DNA from: Chrysemys picta bellii
Lineage: Eukaryota
Assembly: GCF_011386835.1 (NCBI RefSeq)
Contig: NC_088791.1
Location: 349,804,001 to 349,868,000 of the forward strand
DNA length: 64,000 nucleotides
Direction: 5' to 3'
A program made the translations under genes and the position numbers. Numbering within the stretch: the first letter of the stretch is position 1; every line of letters starts with the position of its first letter. A model generated the notes under the pieces. That model saw nothing but the letters and a program-made list of their open reading frames with translations. It searched no databases and was not told the DNA's origin. This document shows, in pieces, positions 10,999-22,715 of the stretch.

Positions 10999-13069
10999 CA
11001 TCGTTACTGCTCAGCTGCCCTCAAGGTAGCCTTGTAATTAATCAGAACCATAAACAGTGATGACAAGTCTGGATTTCAGGAATAGAGCCTGCAGCAGGGC
11101 TGGCACTGCAGTCCAGTTGGGCAGCATCACCACATGTCCCCTGTGATTTGGCCTCCTCTAGTTTGCCATTGGCTGTGTCAGGGTTAAAGATGATGCACTC
11201 AAAATCAAGCAGCTGAGGTTCCCTGATGGCCAAGGGGCCCCCAAGGGAATGTGCAGGCATTCTTCATAAAGACATTTGTCTCCTTATCTGAACAGATACT
11301 GCCTGCTGCCCGTGCAACCTCTCCGATGACTCCTTCTACTTTTGGGAGTAGACGTCTGGTGTCAGCGGATCCCCGTCTATCAGGAATTGGGTCTGTTGGC
11401 AGGTTTCACTATCTTTATAATGTGAAGCGAAGGGGAAAGGCTGCAGGCTGTTTTCATTTGCAGATGTTCTGTGAAGCAGCAGAGGACTCAGCTAGGCTGT
11501 TGGGGTGACTCAGTGACGGGGCTGGAGGGCAGGCAGTGCTAGGTAGCTTGGGAACCCCACCGCTACATCTGCCCATCCTACATGGTGGGCTGCTCAAGCA
11601 ACACAGAAGTCTCACATTGAAAGCAACCTCAAAGTGTTAAAACCCAATGCACCGAGTCACAATTTCTCAGGGGGTCCCAATTTTTGAGTTGCCGTGTGCT
11701 CTGGGCCGATTCTGCCAGGGGCTGAGCGAGAAGAAACCCAATGGTATATCAGTGACTAGTTCCAAAATTGTCTCAGGTTTATTTTCTCAGGGAAATTAAA
11801 TCAGCAAATGCATTTTCAGAAGTAAACTATTGACCCAGCTACAGAGGAGCTACTAGACTTCTGTTTGCTGACAAGTGACTCAATGAAGGCTGAGACCCTG
11901 CGATCTTTTCAGATTCTGAAGAAATCCAGGTGACAGACGCTACATTTTAAGGCCCACTCTAATCTGAGAAATCATCTCTGAAAGAAGAGGAGAGGGGAAA
12001 GAATGGGTTGACATGTGTGTACTAAACTACAGATGTGTAAATGTTATGCCAAGACTTTTCATTGTCTTAAAATATTGCAAACCAAACTTTCATGAGGAGC
12101 AGTGGAAACTTTACTGCTTAATGGCTTTTACTTTAGAAAGTATTTCAGAAGTTCTCCACATACTTTTTGCAATAATTTGTGCTATTAACTCTTTGTGCAG
12201 CAAACAGCTGTCTGATAGTATCCCCTGGTAACTGACCAGAAGCTGTTTCTAACACTTACATTCAGGGTCATGCACACAATTCCTCACAAATACCACTGCC
12301 AGTCTTTCCAAAAAGTTATGAGAGAACAGAACCGCCGGTCTTGGTTTCAGTAGTGTTACAGAGCTGAGATGCAGGAAAGGGGAGTGCTATATTAGTTGTA
12401 AGTAATTTACGCCCATCAACTCTTACATGAGCATGGATGAAGTAATTTGTGCGCACAAGTGGATATTAGTGCAAATCTAGTTTTTGAATATTCACCCATT
12501 TGTGACACCAATCCCTTCCCCGCCCAGCTGAAGTAACTGTCTGTGTTAGCTTGTAACTTGCCAAGTATCTATAGACCCTTGCATGGGGAGAGGAGGCGGG
12601 TCCTTTGAGGAAGATCGAATTCTCAGGATTCAGTTAACATTGGCCAGGCAAAGCACTTCAGCTTCCCTTGGAGGGATTCTAGGGGCTCAGAGTGTATCAC
12701 CGGGAGCATATGGTAAGGGAAAGATAATAGAGCCCAGTTCTGACTGAATTTACACATGTAAATCTGGAGCAACCCTGTTGAAGTAACTGTTATTGAATTA
12801 TGAACCTAGCATTAAGAATTTATCCCATGTGCTGGAAAGAGACAGTGGAATAATTTGAAGTCTCAGGAGTGGAGAAAATAAAAAGTATATATATGAGGCA
12901 ATGAAACACATTTATAAATAGCTTCAATGCAGGACAGATAAATACAATGACCGTCTTCACCATGCACTTGGCGTGATTTATGGATGTCATGATACAATGG
13001 GCCAACTCAGAGGTAGACGTCGAGAAAGAGTGTCTGTATGAAGGTCAAAAATGTAAAATCACACAGTGC

Positions 13070-13415
13070 TCAAGTAAGCTATGGAACTCCCAGCCACAAG
13101 ATATCAATGGGGCCAAGAGCTTCTCAGGATTCAGCAAGGGATTGGATGTTTAAATGGGTAATCAGGAAATTCAATTACAGTACTGAGAATTTAAAAAAAA
13201 AAGTCTTATAAGGGCTGTAAACCTTCCTGATTTACATAAAAAAATATGTCTATCTAGTGGGTGTCAGGGGGAAACTTTCCCTAGGATCAGGGTTTCTCTT
13301 AGTTCCCTATTGCAGGGCTTCTTCCTTCTTCCTTTGCAGCATCTCGTACTGGTCACTGGACACTGGGCTAGGCAGACTGCTGGTCTGATCCAGTCTGGCA
13401 ATGCCTATCTTCCTT
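13070..13415 (+). mobile_element. Ancient CR1 3'-end remnant upstream of each OR (approx.; copies ~24275-24615, 32515-32818, 45640-45950, 60415-60762)
   Basis: CTTCCT..GCAGCATCT.GTACTGGCCACTG..TACTGGGCTAG..GGTCTGATCCAGTCTGGCA.TGCCTAT resembles old CR1 3' UTRs. Confidence 0.6.
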
Positions 13416-13578
13416 TTGGTAGTATACATCCAAAACAATGTTTTTGCTGATTTTCCTTGAGGTCCTAGGAATCTTTCACTGAGAGAAGAAAGTTGCCTCG
13501 CTAAATGTCATCTAGTCTCCTGTTCCTTTTCTTTTCAGGAAGGAAAGTTCATAAGTCCCCGGATCTGCCCAGTACATT

Positions 13579-14514
13579 ATGTCAGCTGTCAATGACACCA
13601 AATTCAACTCTGCAGTGTTCCTTCTCACTGGGATACCTGGGCTGGAAGACGTCCATCTCTGGATCTCTATCCCCTTCTGCTTAATGTATGTTATTTCAAT
13701 AGCAGGAAATTCAGTCATTCTGTTCATTATAAAAACAGATCCAAGCCTCCATGAGCCCATGTACATTTTCCTTTCCATGTTGGCTGTCACAGACCTTGGC
13801 ATATCGATAACCACCATACCCACGATACTGGGCATATACCTGTTTAACTCTGGGAGAATCAGTCTCGATGCCTGTTTTGCCCAGCTCTTCTTCATCCATG
13901 CACTTTCAAAAATTGAATCCTCCATTCTCTTGTTGATGGCCTTTGACCGCTTCATCGCCATCTGTAACCCACTGAGATATACCTCCATCTTAACTCCACC
14001 GAGAATAGCCAAGATGGGACTGGTGGCTGTTCTAAGATCGGTGGCCGTAATACTCCCACTCCCCATTCTCCTGAAACGGTTTCGATACTGTCGAGACAAT
14101 GTCCTCTCCCATTCCTACTGCCTGCACCAGGATGTCATGAAGGCAGCTTGTTCAGACATTTCAGTGAACAGCATCTATGGCTTGTTTCTTAAAGTCGTCA
14201 CCGTTGGATTGGACTCGTTCCTCATCTTCCTCTCTTATGTGATGATCGTCAAAACAGTGCTGAGCGTTGCGTCCCGCACAGAGTGCCTGAGGGCCCTGAA
14301 CACCTGCGTCTCCCACCTCTGCGCTGTTGTGCTCTTCTACATATCAGACATCGGCCTGTCTTTAATACACAGATTCGGAAATAGCTCTACTCACTTGCTT
14401 CAGATAATCCTTGGCTACGTCTACCTGCTGGTTCCGCCCCTGATGAACCCAATCGTGTACAGTGTGAAAAGCAAACACCTTCGTGAGAGGATAATCAGGG
14501 CTTTTGTCAAGTGA
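13579..14514 (+). CDS. OR2: class I olfactory receptor, family 51-like, intact 311 aa
   Basis: Motifs MAFDRFIAICNPLRY, SHSYCLHQD, RALNTCVSH, HRFG, PPLMNPIVYSVK. Confidence 0.97.
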   Translation: MSAVNDTKFNSAVFLLTGIPGLEDVHLWISIPFCLMYVISIAGNSVILFIIKTDPSLHEPMYIFLSMLAVTDLGISITTIPTILGIYLFNSGRISLDACFAQLFFIHALSKIESSILLLMAFDRFIAICNPLRYTSILTPPRIAKMGLVAVLRSVAVILPLPILLKRFRYCRDNVLSHSYCLHQDVMKAACSDISVNSIYGLFLKVVTVGLDSFLIFLSYVMIVKTVLSVASRTECLRALNTCVSHLCAVVLFYISDIGLSLIHRFGNSSTHLLQIILGYVYLLVPPLMNPIVYSVKSKHLRERIIRAFVK

Positions 14515-15574
14515 AGGGTCAGTTCATCACCTGGCTCTAGCACTGGTGACATGGGAAAGGAAAGACACGAGCGATGGCCATGACCATGTATTCCATCCTG
14601 GATCCCCTTCCCCTGAGGCACTTTCCTCTGCCCCATCTCTTCCCTGAAGACCACACCTCTACTATTCCCCTTTACCTGAGACTCTGCCCCCTTTCCAGGC
14701 TGGGAGCCAGAACCAGGCCTTGGTAAGAGCTGCCCAGGGAACCAGAGCCACAGTGAGGCGTTCCACAAGTCAGGGAATGTGGAGACTCTGGGGCTCCCCA
14801 CAGCAACCTGTGCTCCCAGGGCAGCTCTTACCTTGCCCTGACTCTGGCCTGGCTGGGAGGCGGAGACTCATGAAAGTGGAGGAGCAAGAGGCAGGGCTTA
14901 GTGAGAAGGTATGGGGCAGGGGACAGGGCTTCAGGGGAAAAAGGGGAGTAGGGTCTGAACCAATGCTGACCGCAGCAATCAGGACAGTGGGGGTGATCCT
15001 GAGTAAAGGCGGAGGCTGGGGCTGGAGGGTAGGAGACCTTGTGTTTTGAGAAGACTGAATTAATGTGACCCCACAAAGGGTGCTCTTGTTTTAAGTATCC
15101 CAGGCTGAGAGTAAGTCATTGCAAAGACTTTAGAGGGAAGGGCAGGGTGCCTGCAGGGCCACCTCAGACCCTAAGGGGGCACGCTGGCAGCAGACAGTGC
15201 AGTAGGACTGCTAACCGTCCTCGTCCGCTGCTTCCACTGCAACTCTGCATTCCTGCTCTACTGCTTGGGGGATCCGTTCATGAAGCCTGGACACTAGTAA
15301 GGAGCAATTCAACTGTAGGCTAAGCAAGTGCAGAATGGTGGTAGAATGTGTTTTTGGATGTTTAAAAGCATGCTGGCGCTGTTGGTCAGACCTCAGTGCA
15401 ACCAGCATTCCCGTTGTTATTGCTGCTTGCAGTGTGCTCCATAATATCTGTGAGAGTAAGGGGAAGATGTTTATGGTGCAGTGGGAGGTTGAGGCAAATC
15501 ACCTGGCATCCGATTTTGAGCAGTCAGACACTAGGTTGATTAGAAGAGCACAGCAAGGCACGCTGTGCATCAGA

Positions 15575-15665
15575 AAAAAGAAGAACAGGAGTACTTGTGG
15601 CACCTTAGAGACTAACAAATTTATTAGAGCATAAGCTTTCGTGGACTACAGCCCACTTCTTCGGA
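15575..15665 (-). mobile_element. Mini Penelope terminal-repeat insertion inside the Harbinger ORF
   Basis: Flanked by TGCATCAGA at 15566-15574 and 15666-15674 (100-bp period). Removing it restores the TLCIREGLKT frame. Confidence 0.85.
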
Positions 15666-15668
15666 TGC
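15629..15668 (-). ncRNA. Minimal hammerhead motif, U4C core variant
   Basis: Minus strand reads GCAT-CCGAAGA-A-GTGGG(CTGTAG)TCCAC-GAAA-GCTT-ATGC. Confidence 0.6.
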
Positions 15669-17199
15669 ATCAGAGAGGGTTTGAAAACCAGTTTCATGGT
15701 TGGCCAGGCTTCGGTGTGACAGTTGTGTGTGTTTCTTCTTGATGCCAACCTGCCCCCTTTGTTGATTTTAATTCCCTGTAAGACAACCACCCTCCCCCCT
15801 TTGAAATAAAGTAACTATTGTTTTGAAACCATGCGTTCTTTCTTTATTAATTAAAAAAAATGAGTTAACGGACAAAGTAGCCCAGGTGGGGTGGGGGAGG
15901 AGGGAAGACAAGGCCACATTGCATATTGTAGCCACACTAAAAATCAAACTGTTTGAATGACAGCCTTCTGTTGCTTGGGCCATCCTCTGGAGTGGAGTGG
16001 CTGGGTGCCCGGAGCCTCCCCCCGCACATGCTTGGGCATCTAGGTGAGGAGGCTATGGAACATGGGGAGGAGGGTAGGTGGTTATACAGCGGATGCAGTG
16101 GGGGGTCTGTGCTCTTGTTGGCTTTCCTGCAGCTCCAACAGATGCTTCATCATGTCTGTTTGCTTCCCCAACAGAGGCGTCATGTCCGTTTGCTCCCCCA
16201 TTAGCCTCAGCATCGCGTCCTGCCTCCACTCTTCGCGCTCACTTAATTCTTTCCTGGCCTCTGCCACTGAAGGCCTCCATGCATTAAGCTGTGCCCTATC
16301 AGTGCAGGAGGACTGCATAAGCTTGGAAAACATGTCATTGTGAGTGCATTTTTTGCACCTTCTAATCTGCGATAACCTCAGGGACGGAGATGATAGGGGG
16401 AGCGTAGAAACATTCTATGGTCTACGATTCTGGGGGGACTGCATGGTCACCTGTGCCGCTGAGTGCTGCTGAGTTCGCCACGCTGACCAAACAGGAAATG
16501 AAATTCTAAAGATCCCAGGGCTTTTCCTGTGTACTTGGCTCATGCATCAGAGTTCAAAGTCCAGAGCGATCGCAATGGAGCACTCTGAGATAGCTCCCGG
16601 ACGCCAATACCATCAATTTGCATCCACTCTTCCCCAAATTTGACCCAGCAAGGTCAATTTTAGCGCTACTCTCCTCGTCGGGGAGGAGTACAGAAGCGGA
16701 TATTAAGAAGTCGACGGAACAGGGTTGGTTGTGTGGACACAACCATTTTTAAATTGACCTAATGCAGCTAATTTCGACCTAATCCAATAGTGTAGACCAG
16801 GCCAGAGGCCCTAAGATCAGGGATATGTCAGGGTTCCACAGAGCAACACATCTGACATTTGTCTAAAAAAGGCCTTTTACCACAGCCTCCTGTGACAGAC
16901 GGCTTTTGGGAAGCCCTGTGACTCCAGCACCTTGGTGTCTGGGGCAGATGTGGGGGTGACAGTGAGGGTTAAGTAGTGGTCTCAGCTTTCAGTTTTCTTA
17001 AAAAAGTGTATTTAAAATGTGAGTTGCAGAAAAGCTAGAAAAGTTAAAGTAGGTGACCCCAAAGGGTCAGAAACAAAAGGCAAATGAAAAAGAAACTCTC
17101 ATAAGTATATTTTAAAATCTCATTCTGTTTAACCAATCTCATGATTTTCTGGGGATGTGACTCATCATTTTTTAATTGGGTTCGGTGATACTGTGCAAG

Positions 17200-17481
17200 T
17201 CGTTCAAAAGGTATGAAGGGCAACTAGGAAAAGTCATAAAAATTAAGAACAATTTTTTAACAGTACATCAGAAGCAGGAAGCCTGCCAAACAAGGAGTGG
17301 AGCCACTGGATGACTGAAGTGCTAAAGGAGCACTCAAAGAAGATGTGGCTGTTGCATAGAGGGTAAATGAATTCTTTGCATTGCTGTTCACTGCAGAGGA
17401 TGTGAGGGAGATTCCCACACCTGAGCACCCTCTTTTTAGGAGACAATTTGAGTCCCACATCAAGGTGTCAGTAGAGGAGGT
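17200..17481 (+). mobile_element. Old CR1 ORF2 fragment (copy at ~39720-40000)
   Basis: Encodes degenerate YIRSRKPAKQ..PLDD..AKGALKED..NEFFA..FTAEDVREIP. Confidence 0.8.
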
Positions 17482-18290
17482 TGTGATGCTACACCCCTAT
17501 TCATGAGAGTGGTATGATTATGACATGATTATGACATAATAATGATGTATCTGGTACAAGATATGTCTTGTGGTGTGTCACTGGAAAAGTTAGGATTTGC
17601 TGAATATTATTATCCCATTTGTGTGCATGTATTATTTTTGTGCCTGAAGTGATCAGTATGGACTATATATCTGTATTTCAAATGTACTTACTCTGGGTAA
17701 CACCCACAACTAGCCTTTCAGGTACAACAAGGAAAAAGCAAGACACTGGACGGTAGAAACGCTTAGACTTCCTGTGAGCATTTCAGCCACCCTATGAGTA
17801 ATGGCTGCTATGAATTCACGGTGCATGCAAGGACATGGGACCAGACCTCATGAAACTGAACTCCAATTTGGTATCTGTATTTTTACACAAACTGGGCTGG
17901 GAATTTAGCTTGAAACCAAGGGTTCTCGCCACGTGGAAAAACTAAATAAGGTGTGGAGTGGCATCAACTCTTTGCCTCGATCCCCACAGCAGAGAACTCC
18001 CAGAAACACCTGAGGATCAAAGATTGAACTGGGGGAAGTGCTGGTCTCGGGCTAAAAGGATTTCTAGCCTCTGTATGAAAACATGGTGGACTGCTAGTAT
18101 GATCAGTCAGGATGACAAACATCTAATTCATATCCTGTCTCTCGTATGTTAGGCTCAGTTTGCAGGTCAGTTTACTTGCTAGGTAATCGCTTTGATGTAT
18201 TTGCTATCACTTGTATTCGCGTAAAATCTTTCTTTGGTTAATAAACTTATTTTCTTTTTTATCATAACCAGTGTGTTTTGCGTGAACCCT
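17482..18290 (+). mobile_element. LTR (Gypsy-like) fragment
   Basis: Starts TGTGATG at a break in the CR1. AATAAA near the 3' end. Near-identical copy at 40001-40800. Confidence 0.6.
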
Positions 18291-18474
18291 GATGTGCACA
18301 GCTACAACACTCACACCATAGCAACTCTTCTATATTGAACATAGTCCATCAATACATTCAGCGCAGTCAAAAACACCCCAACTTAACAAGATAGATAGAG
18401 AATGTACATCTACACTTCCATATACTCACAGCATCCCTTGTAGAACAACCTGAAGTGTTAGCCGTTATCTTCCT

Positions 18475-19176
18475 ACGGCAGAAAGGGATCTAGGGGTTAT
18501 AGTGGACCACAAGCTAAATATGAGTCAACAGTGTGATGCTGTTGCAAAAAAAGCAAACATGATTCTGGGATGCATTAACAGGTGTGTTGTGAGCAAGACA
18601 CGAGAAGTCATTCTTCCGCTCTACTCTGCTCTGGTTAGGCCTCAGCTGGAGTATTGTGTCCAGTTCTGGGCGCCGCATTTTAAAAAAGATGTGGAGAAAT
18701 TGGAAAGGGTCCAAAGAAGAGCAACAAGAATGATTAAAGGTCTTGAGAACATGACCTATGAAGGAAGGCTGAAAGAACTGGGTTTGTTTAGTTTGGAGAA
18801 GAGAAGACTGAGAGGGGACATGATAGCAGTTTACAGGTATCTAAAAGGGTGTCATGAGGAGGAGGGAGAGAACTTGTTCACCTTAGCCTCTAAGGATAGA
18901 ACCAGAAACAATGGGTTTAAACTGCAGCAAGGGAGGTCTAGGTTGGACATTAGGAAAAAGTTCCTAACTGTCAGGGTGGTTAAACACTGGAATAAATTGC
19001 CTAGGGAGGTTGTGGAATCTCCGTCTCTGGAGATATTTAAGAGTAGGTTAGATAAATGTCTATCAGGGATGGTCTAGACAGTATTTGGTCCTGCCATGCG
19101 GGCAGGGGACTGGACTCGATGACCTCTCGAGGTCCCTTCCAGTCCTATAATCTATGATTCTATGATTCTATGATTC
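18475..19176 (+). mobile_element. Recent 5'-truncated CR1 insertion
   Basis: Uninterrupted 191-aa ORF2 C-terminus (18502-19077), (ATTCTATG)n tail, TTCCT duplication (18470-18474 / 19174-19178). Empty paralogous site at ~40973-40985. Confidence 0.95.
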
Positions 19177-19229
19177 CTCATCACCATCACCTTCCCCATC
19201 ACCACCAGTTGCCATCACTCTGACACCTG

Positions 19230-19827
19230 CCAAGGACTACATCTCCCTACTGCCCCTAGGTTGGGATGACACTTTTATAATTTGTTACGCTGATGCCATT
19301 ATATTTGATACATATTCAGCAGGGGATTCCCCCCCCCCCCCCTTGCTTGCTTGTATTTCCTCCCCTTACTAAGGTTGGAGTGGCTTTTTCCTCTAGGTTT
19401 GTATATCAGTGATTTCAAATTATTATTATATACGTCAATTTGTTATTCTTGGCCCTTTTGTGGTTAGGTATCACATTTGTTATTTCTGTCTTAACCGGTT
19501 ATTTGGTTTTTTTTCCAGGTTGTGGTGTACCAGTTAAGTTTTAAAGGGTATGAACTTAGGAAACCTGATTTAACATCATATGTGGACCTTATGCTAAAGC
19601 TCATCACAGTCTATCTAGGTGAAAGGTCCCGAAAATATGTGAGCCAACTTTGCCTTAGCTCAACATACAGGACGTGGCCTATAAGTCCCTTGCGTTACAG
19701 CCAAACTACTTTAATATAAACTTATTATAACCTATTATAATAAAATAAATAACCAAACCATAAGGCAATAAAAAATCCACAAGAAAAGATATATAGGCAA
19801 GCAAGCAGTTTAGCCCTATAGGCCACA
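19230..19827 (-). mobile_element. LTR-like element, left boundary uncertain (copies 29066-29538, ~41040-41660)
   Basis: Minus strand begins TGTGGCC exactly where the CR1 3' remnant resumes. Contains ~44-bp internal repeats (GGTGAAAGGTCCC). Confidence 0.45.
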
Positions 19828-20105
19828 TTTGTGAAGGCCAAAAGAGTAACTGGTCCAAAAGAGAATCAGATAAGTTCATGGAGAATAGGTCCATCAATAG
19901 CTATTAGCCAAGACGGTGAGTGACGCAGCCCCATGCTCTGGGTCTCTAAACCTCTGACAGCCAGAACTGGGAACAGACACAGGGGATGGATCACTCTTCT
20001 GTTTGTTCCCTCTGAAGTATCTTCACAGGCCACTCTCAGAAGAAAGGCCACTGGCTTAGATGGGCCATTGGTCTGACCTCATAAGGCCGTTCTTACGTTC
20101 TTAAC
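19828..20105 (+). mobile_element. Old CR1 3' end (copies 29539-29826, 41661-41940)
   Basis: TGTGAAGGCCAA..GATAAGTTCATGGAG.ATAGGTCCATC ... GGCCGTTCTTA.GTTCTTA terminus. Confidence 0.8.
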
Positions 20106-21942
20106 TTCTTCTGCTGATCAATGTGCTGCTGCATCACAGAGCTGGCATAGCCACCCTAGCAGATGTCCAGGGGATGCTCAATGTGGGAAGCTGATGCAGG
20201 GCGAGTGCTGCCACTTAGGGGTGCGGGCCTCTAGCACGAGGGACAGAGGCTCATGGTTTCCGCTAGAGCTGGGTAGGAAAACAGAAGTTTTTTTCCCCTA
20301 TGAAAAATTTTGACCCAGCCCCAAATGTTTCTTTTTATCCATTTTTGGGGTGAGTTTTCATAGAAATGGATCATTGTTCTCTGAAAGCTCAGCTGCCGTG
20401 ATGCTGCCCAGCTGCAGCTGCCAGGATCCCCAAGAGAAACTGGAGCCTTTTCATCTGCATCGTCCTCACAGTGTAAATGAAGGTTGCCCTAACGGCGTCT
20501 ATGGCTGCACTCTGGGTATGGAAAGGTTGAAACTTCCCGACCAGTCTATGGCTGGGGTATTGTGCCCATCAGCTACTCTAACCAGCCTTCCCATCTCTGT
20601 GCAGCCCCCTCCACCCTGAACAAGGCCCCTTCAGCAGATCCTACAGGCAGTGGCTACTGTGACAGGCCCTGGTAGCACATCACTGATGAACCTGTGCTAG
20701 CAGGGAGCTGGAGAGGGTTCTAGAGCAGTTGTGGAGGCCCAGAGATTGTGTGTGGGGGGCCTAGCTACCAATGGATCACTGAGTTCTGTGCCTAACTTTG
20801 GGGACCCTGGATCCTGGGTCCCATTTTTATTCCTCATGGAGAAGAGAAGGGACATCCCCCTCCCCCGTAACGATCCCAGGAAATTGTATGGAATCCCCCT
20901 TCCCTGGTCTGCACCCTGGGTTTGTAATGCAGGAAAGGGGGCTGCTGGGGAAAAATCTGCTCCTATATTATATTATTATTATTTTATTTTATATCAGCAA
21001 GATCACAACTGTGACAGCATCGTCATTACCACTCAGCTGCCCTTGAGGTAGCCCTGTGACTAATCGGAACCATATGGACAGTGATGACAAGCCCGGATTC
21101 CAGGAACAGAACCTGCAGCAGGGCTGGTGCTGCAGTCCAGTTGGGTAGCATCACCGTGCATCCTCTGTGATTCGGCCTCTTGCAGTTTGCCATTGGCCGT
21201 GACGGGGTTAAAGATGATGCACATGAAACGAAGCTGCTGAGATTCCCTGGTGACTAAGTGGCCCCCAAGGGAATGTGCAGACATGTTTCATAAAGACACT
21301 TGCCTCCCTATCTGAACAGATACCGTCTGCTTCCCATGCAACCTCTCCGATGACCATTGTCCTTTTGGCTGAAGACCTCTGGTGTCAGCGGCTCCCCTTC
21401 TAGCAGGAATTGGGTACGTTGGCAGGTTTCACTATCTTTAAAATGCAAAGTGAAGGGGAAAAGCTGCAAGCTGTTTCCATTTGCAGATGTTCTGTGCAGT
21501 GGCAGAGGACTCAGCTGGGCTGTGGGGGTGACTCAGTGACAGGGTTGGAGGGCAGGCAGTGCTATGTAGCTTGGGAACCTCTCCCCTGCATCTGCCCATG
21601 CTGCTCTGTGAGTTATTCAAGTTGCACAAAAATCTGATATTCAAAGTGAACTCGGAATGTTAAAACCCCGATGCCCTGAGTCAGGATTTCTCAAGGGGTC
21701 CCATTTCTAGAGGTGCCGTGTGCTCTGGGCCCGATCCTGACAGGGGCTGAGAGAGATGAGTTCCCACAGAATATCACTGACTAGTTCCCAATCTCCACAA
21801 GGTTTATTTTCTCAGGGAAATTTAAACAGCAAATTATTTTCATAGGTTTTACTCTCTGGCTTGATTGCCAATGCAGGAATTCAGAGCTGCCTTGCTCTGT
21901 GGTAACACCTCCAATTGGGCATATTTCCGTTTCCTGACTGGC

Positions 21943-22715
21943 TGTAGATACCCCTCAGAGTTCCAAGGCTACCAGCATCTCTGCCCCCTCTCTGGTCTTT
22001 GAGTGCCATATGTCAGGCCTCGTAGCCTTCCCTCTTATGGAGTGGAATCCCGTGATACTCCCACCCTCAGACTGGGCCCTGGTTCTACAGCGCACTGCAA
22101 GTCGACTGTGCTTGCCCAGCAGGTCCGAGTGAGTTTGGGAGTCTGTAACTATTGGTGAGATAAGTGACCAGCCAGCCTTCTAGAACCAAAACACTGTTTA
22201 ATCTGAATATTAGGAATAAAGGGTAACATGGGAGAATAAGAGGGGTTTAAAACAACAGTCTGTAAATGTCTCTGACCACAAGCTCTCCTGCGCTGACGGG
22301 GACCCAGGCAGGCCGAGGGCCTTCAGACTTCCCCAGAGGTGTCTGTGCCTGTCAGTCTAAAGAGATTCTCATGACAGCTGCCCCACCTCTGGATACACTC
22401 CCAGAGATGACAAAACAAGCTGTGTAACGTGGCTGGAGCCTGGAAATAGGCTCTTCCCAGCTTGTAGCTCCGGTGTTGTCTCTCGACCCCCTGCAGTACT
22501 GACTGAGCGATGGCTTTTCTTGAGCTGTTTCTTCCCTTCTTGCTTGTTTTCCAGCCACCTGCTGTTAAACTAGGAAGATCCATACTGGTTTCACCCAATG
22601 TAGCCATAACATAAATATCCCAAATGTTAACCCTATATAGCTCTACAGCAAACATCCCCAGAACTGGGTTTAACACACACATTCATTATGGCAGCTCAGC
22701 TCCCTGTCTGTCACA
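21943..22715. mobile_element. Solo LTR (TG...CA), Gypsy-like
   Basis: TGTAGA...TGTCACA. Paralogous to 43090-43880 and 58089-58880, the latter with a perfect 4-bp TSD ATGC. Confidence 0.75.

Larger units (their letters stand above)
15189..16803 (+). mobile_element. PIF/Harbinger DNA transposon remnant (left end lost)
   Basis: + strand transposase C-terminus FN.RLSKCRMVVECVFGCLKACWR...IAACSVLHNICESKG. Convergent minus-strand ORF remnant at 16082-16333. Right TIR TAGTGTAGACCAGGCC. Confidence 0.85.

Noticed and set aside
13512-14099. 137-195 aa antisense ORFs over five or six OR genes (MSRQY...; also 1674, 24721, 33061, 46054, 61077)
   Set aside because: They are the reverse-frame shadow of the OR codons, recur because the genes are duplicates, vary in length, and have no recognisable motif.
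21060-21644. Recurrent short ORFs (MSAHSLGGH..., MSFRVK..., MDLFSMNLSD..., MCVLNYRC...)
   Set aside because: Copies differ by frameshifts and stops. They reflect duplicated non-coding or TE sequence.
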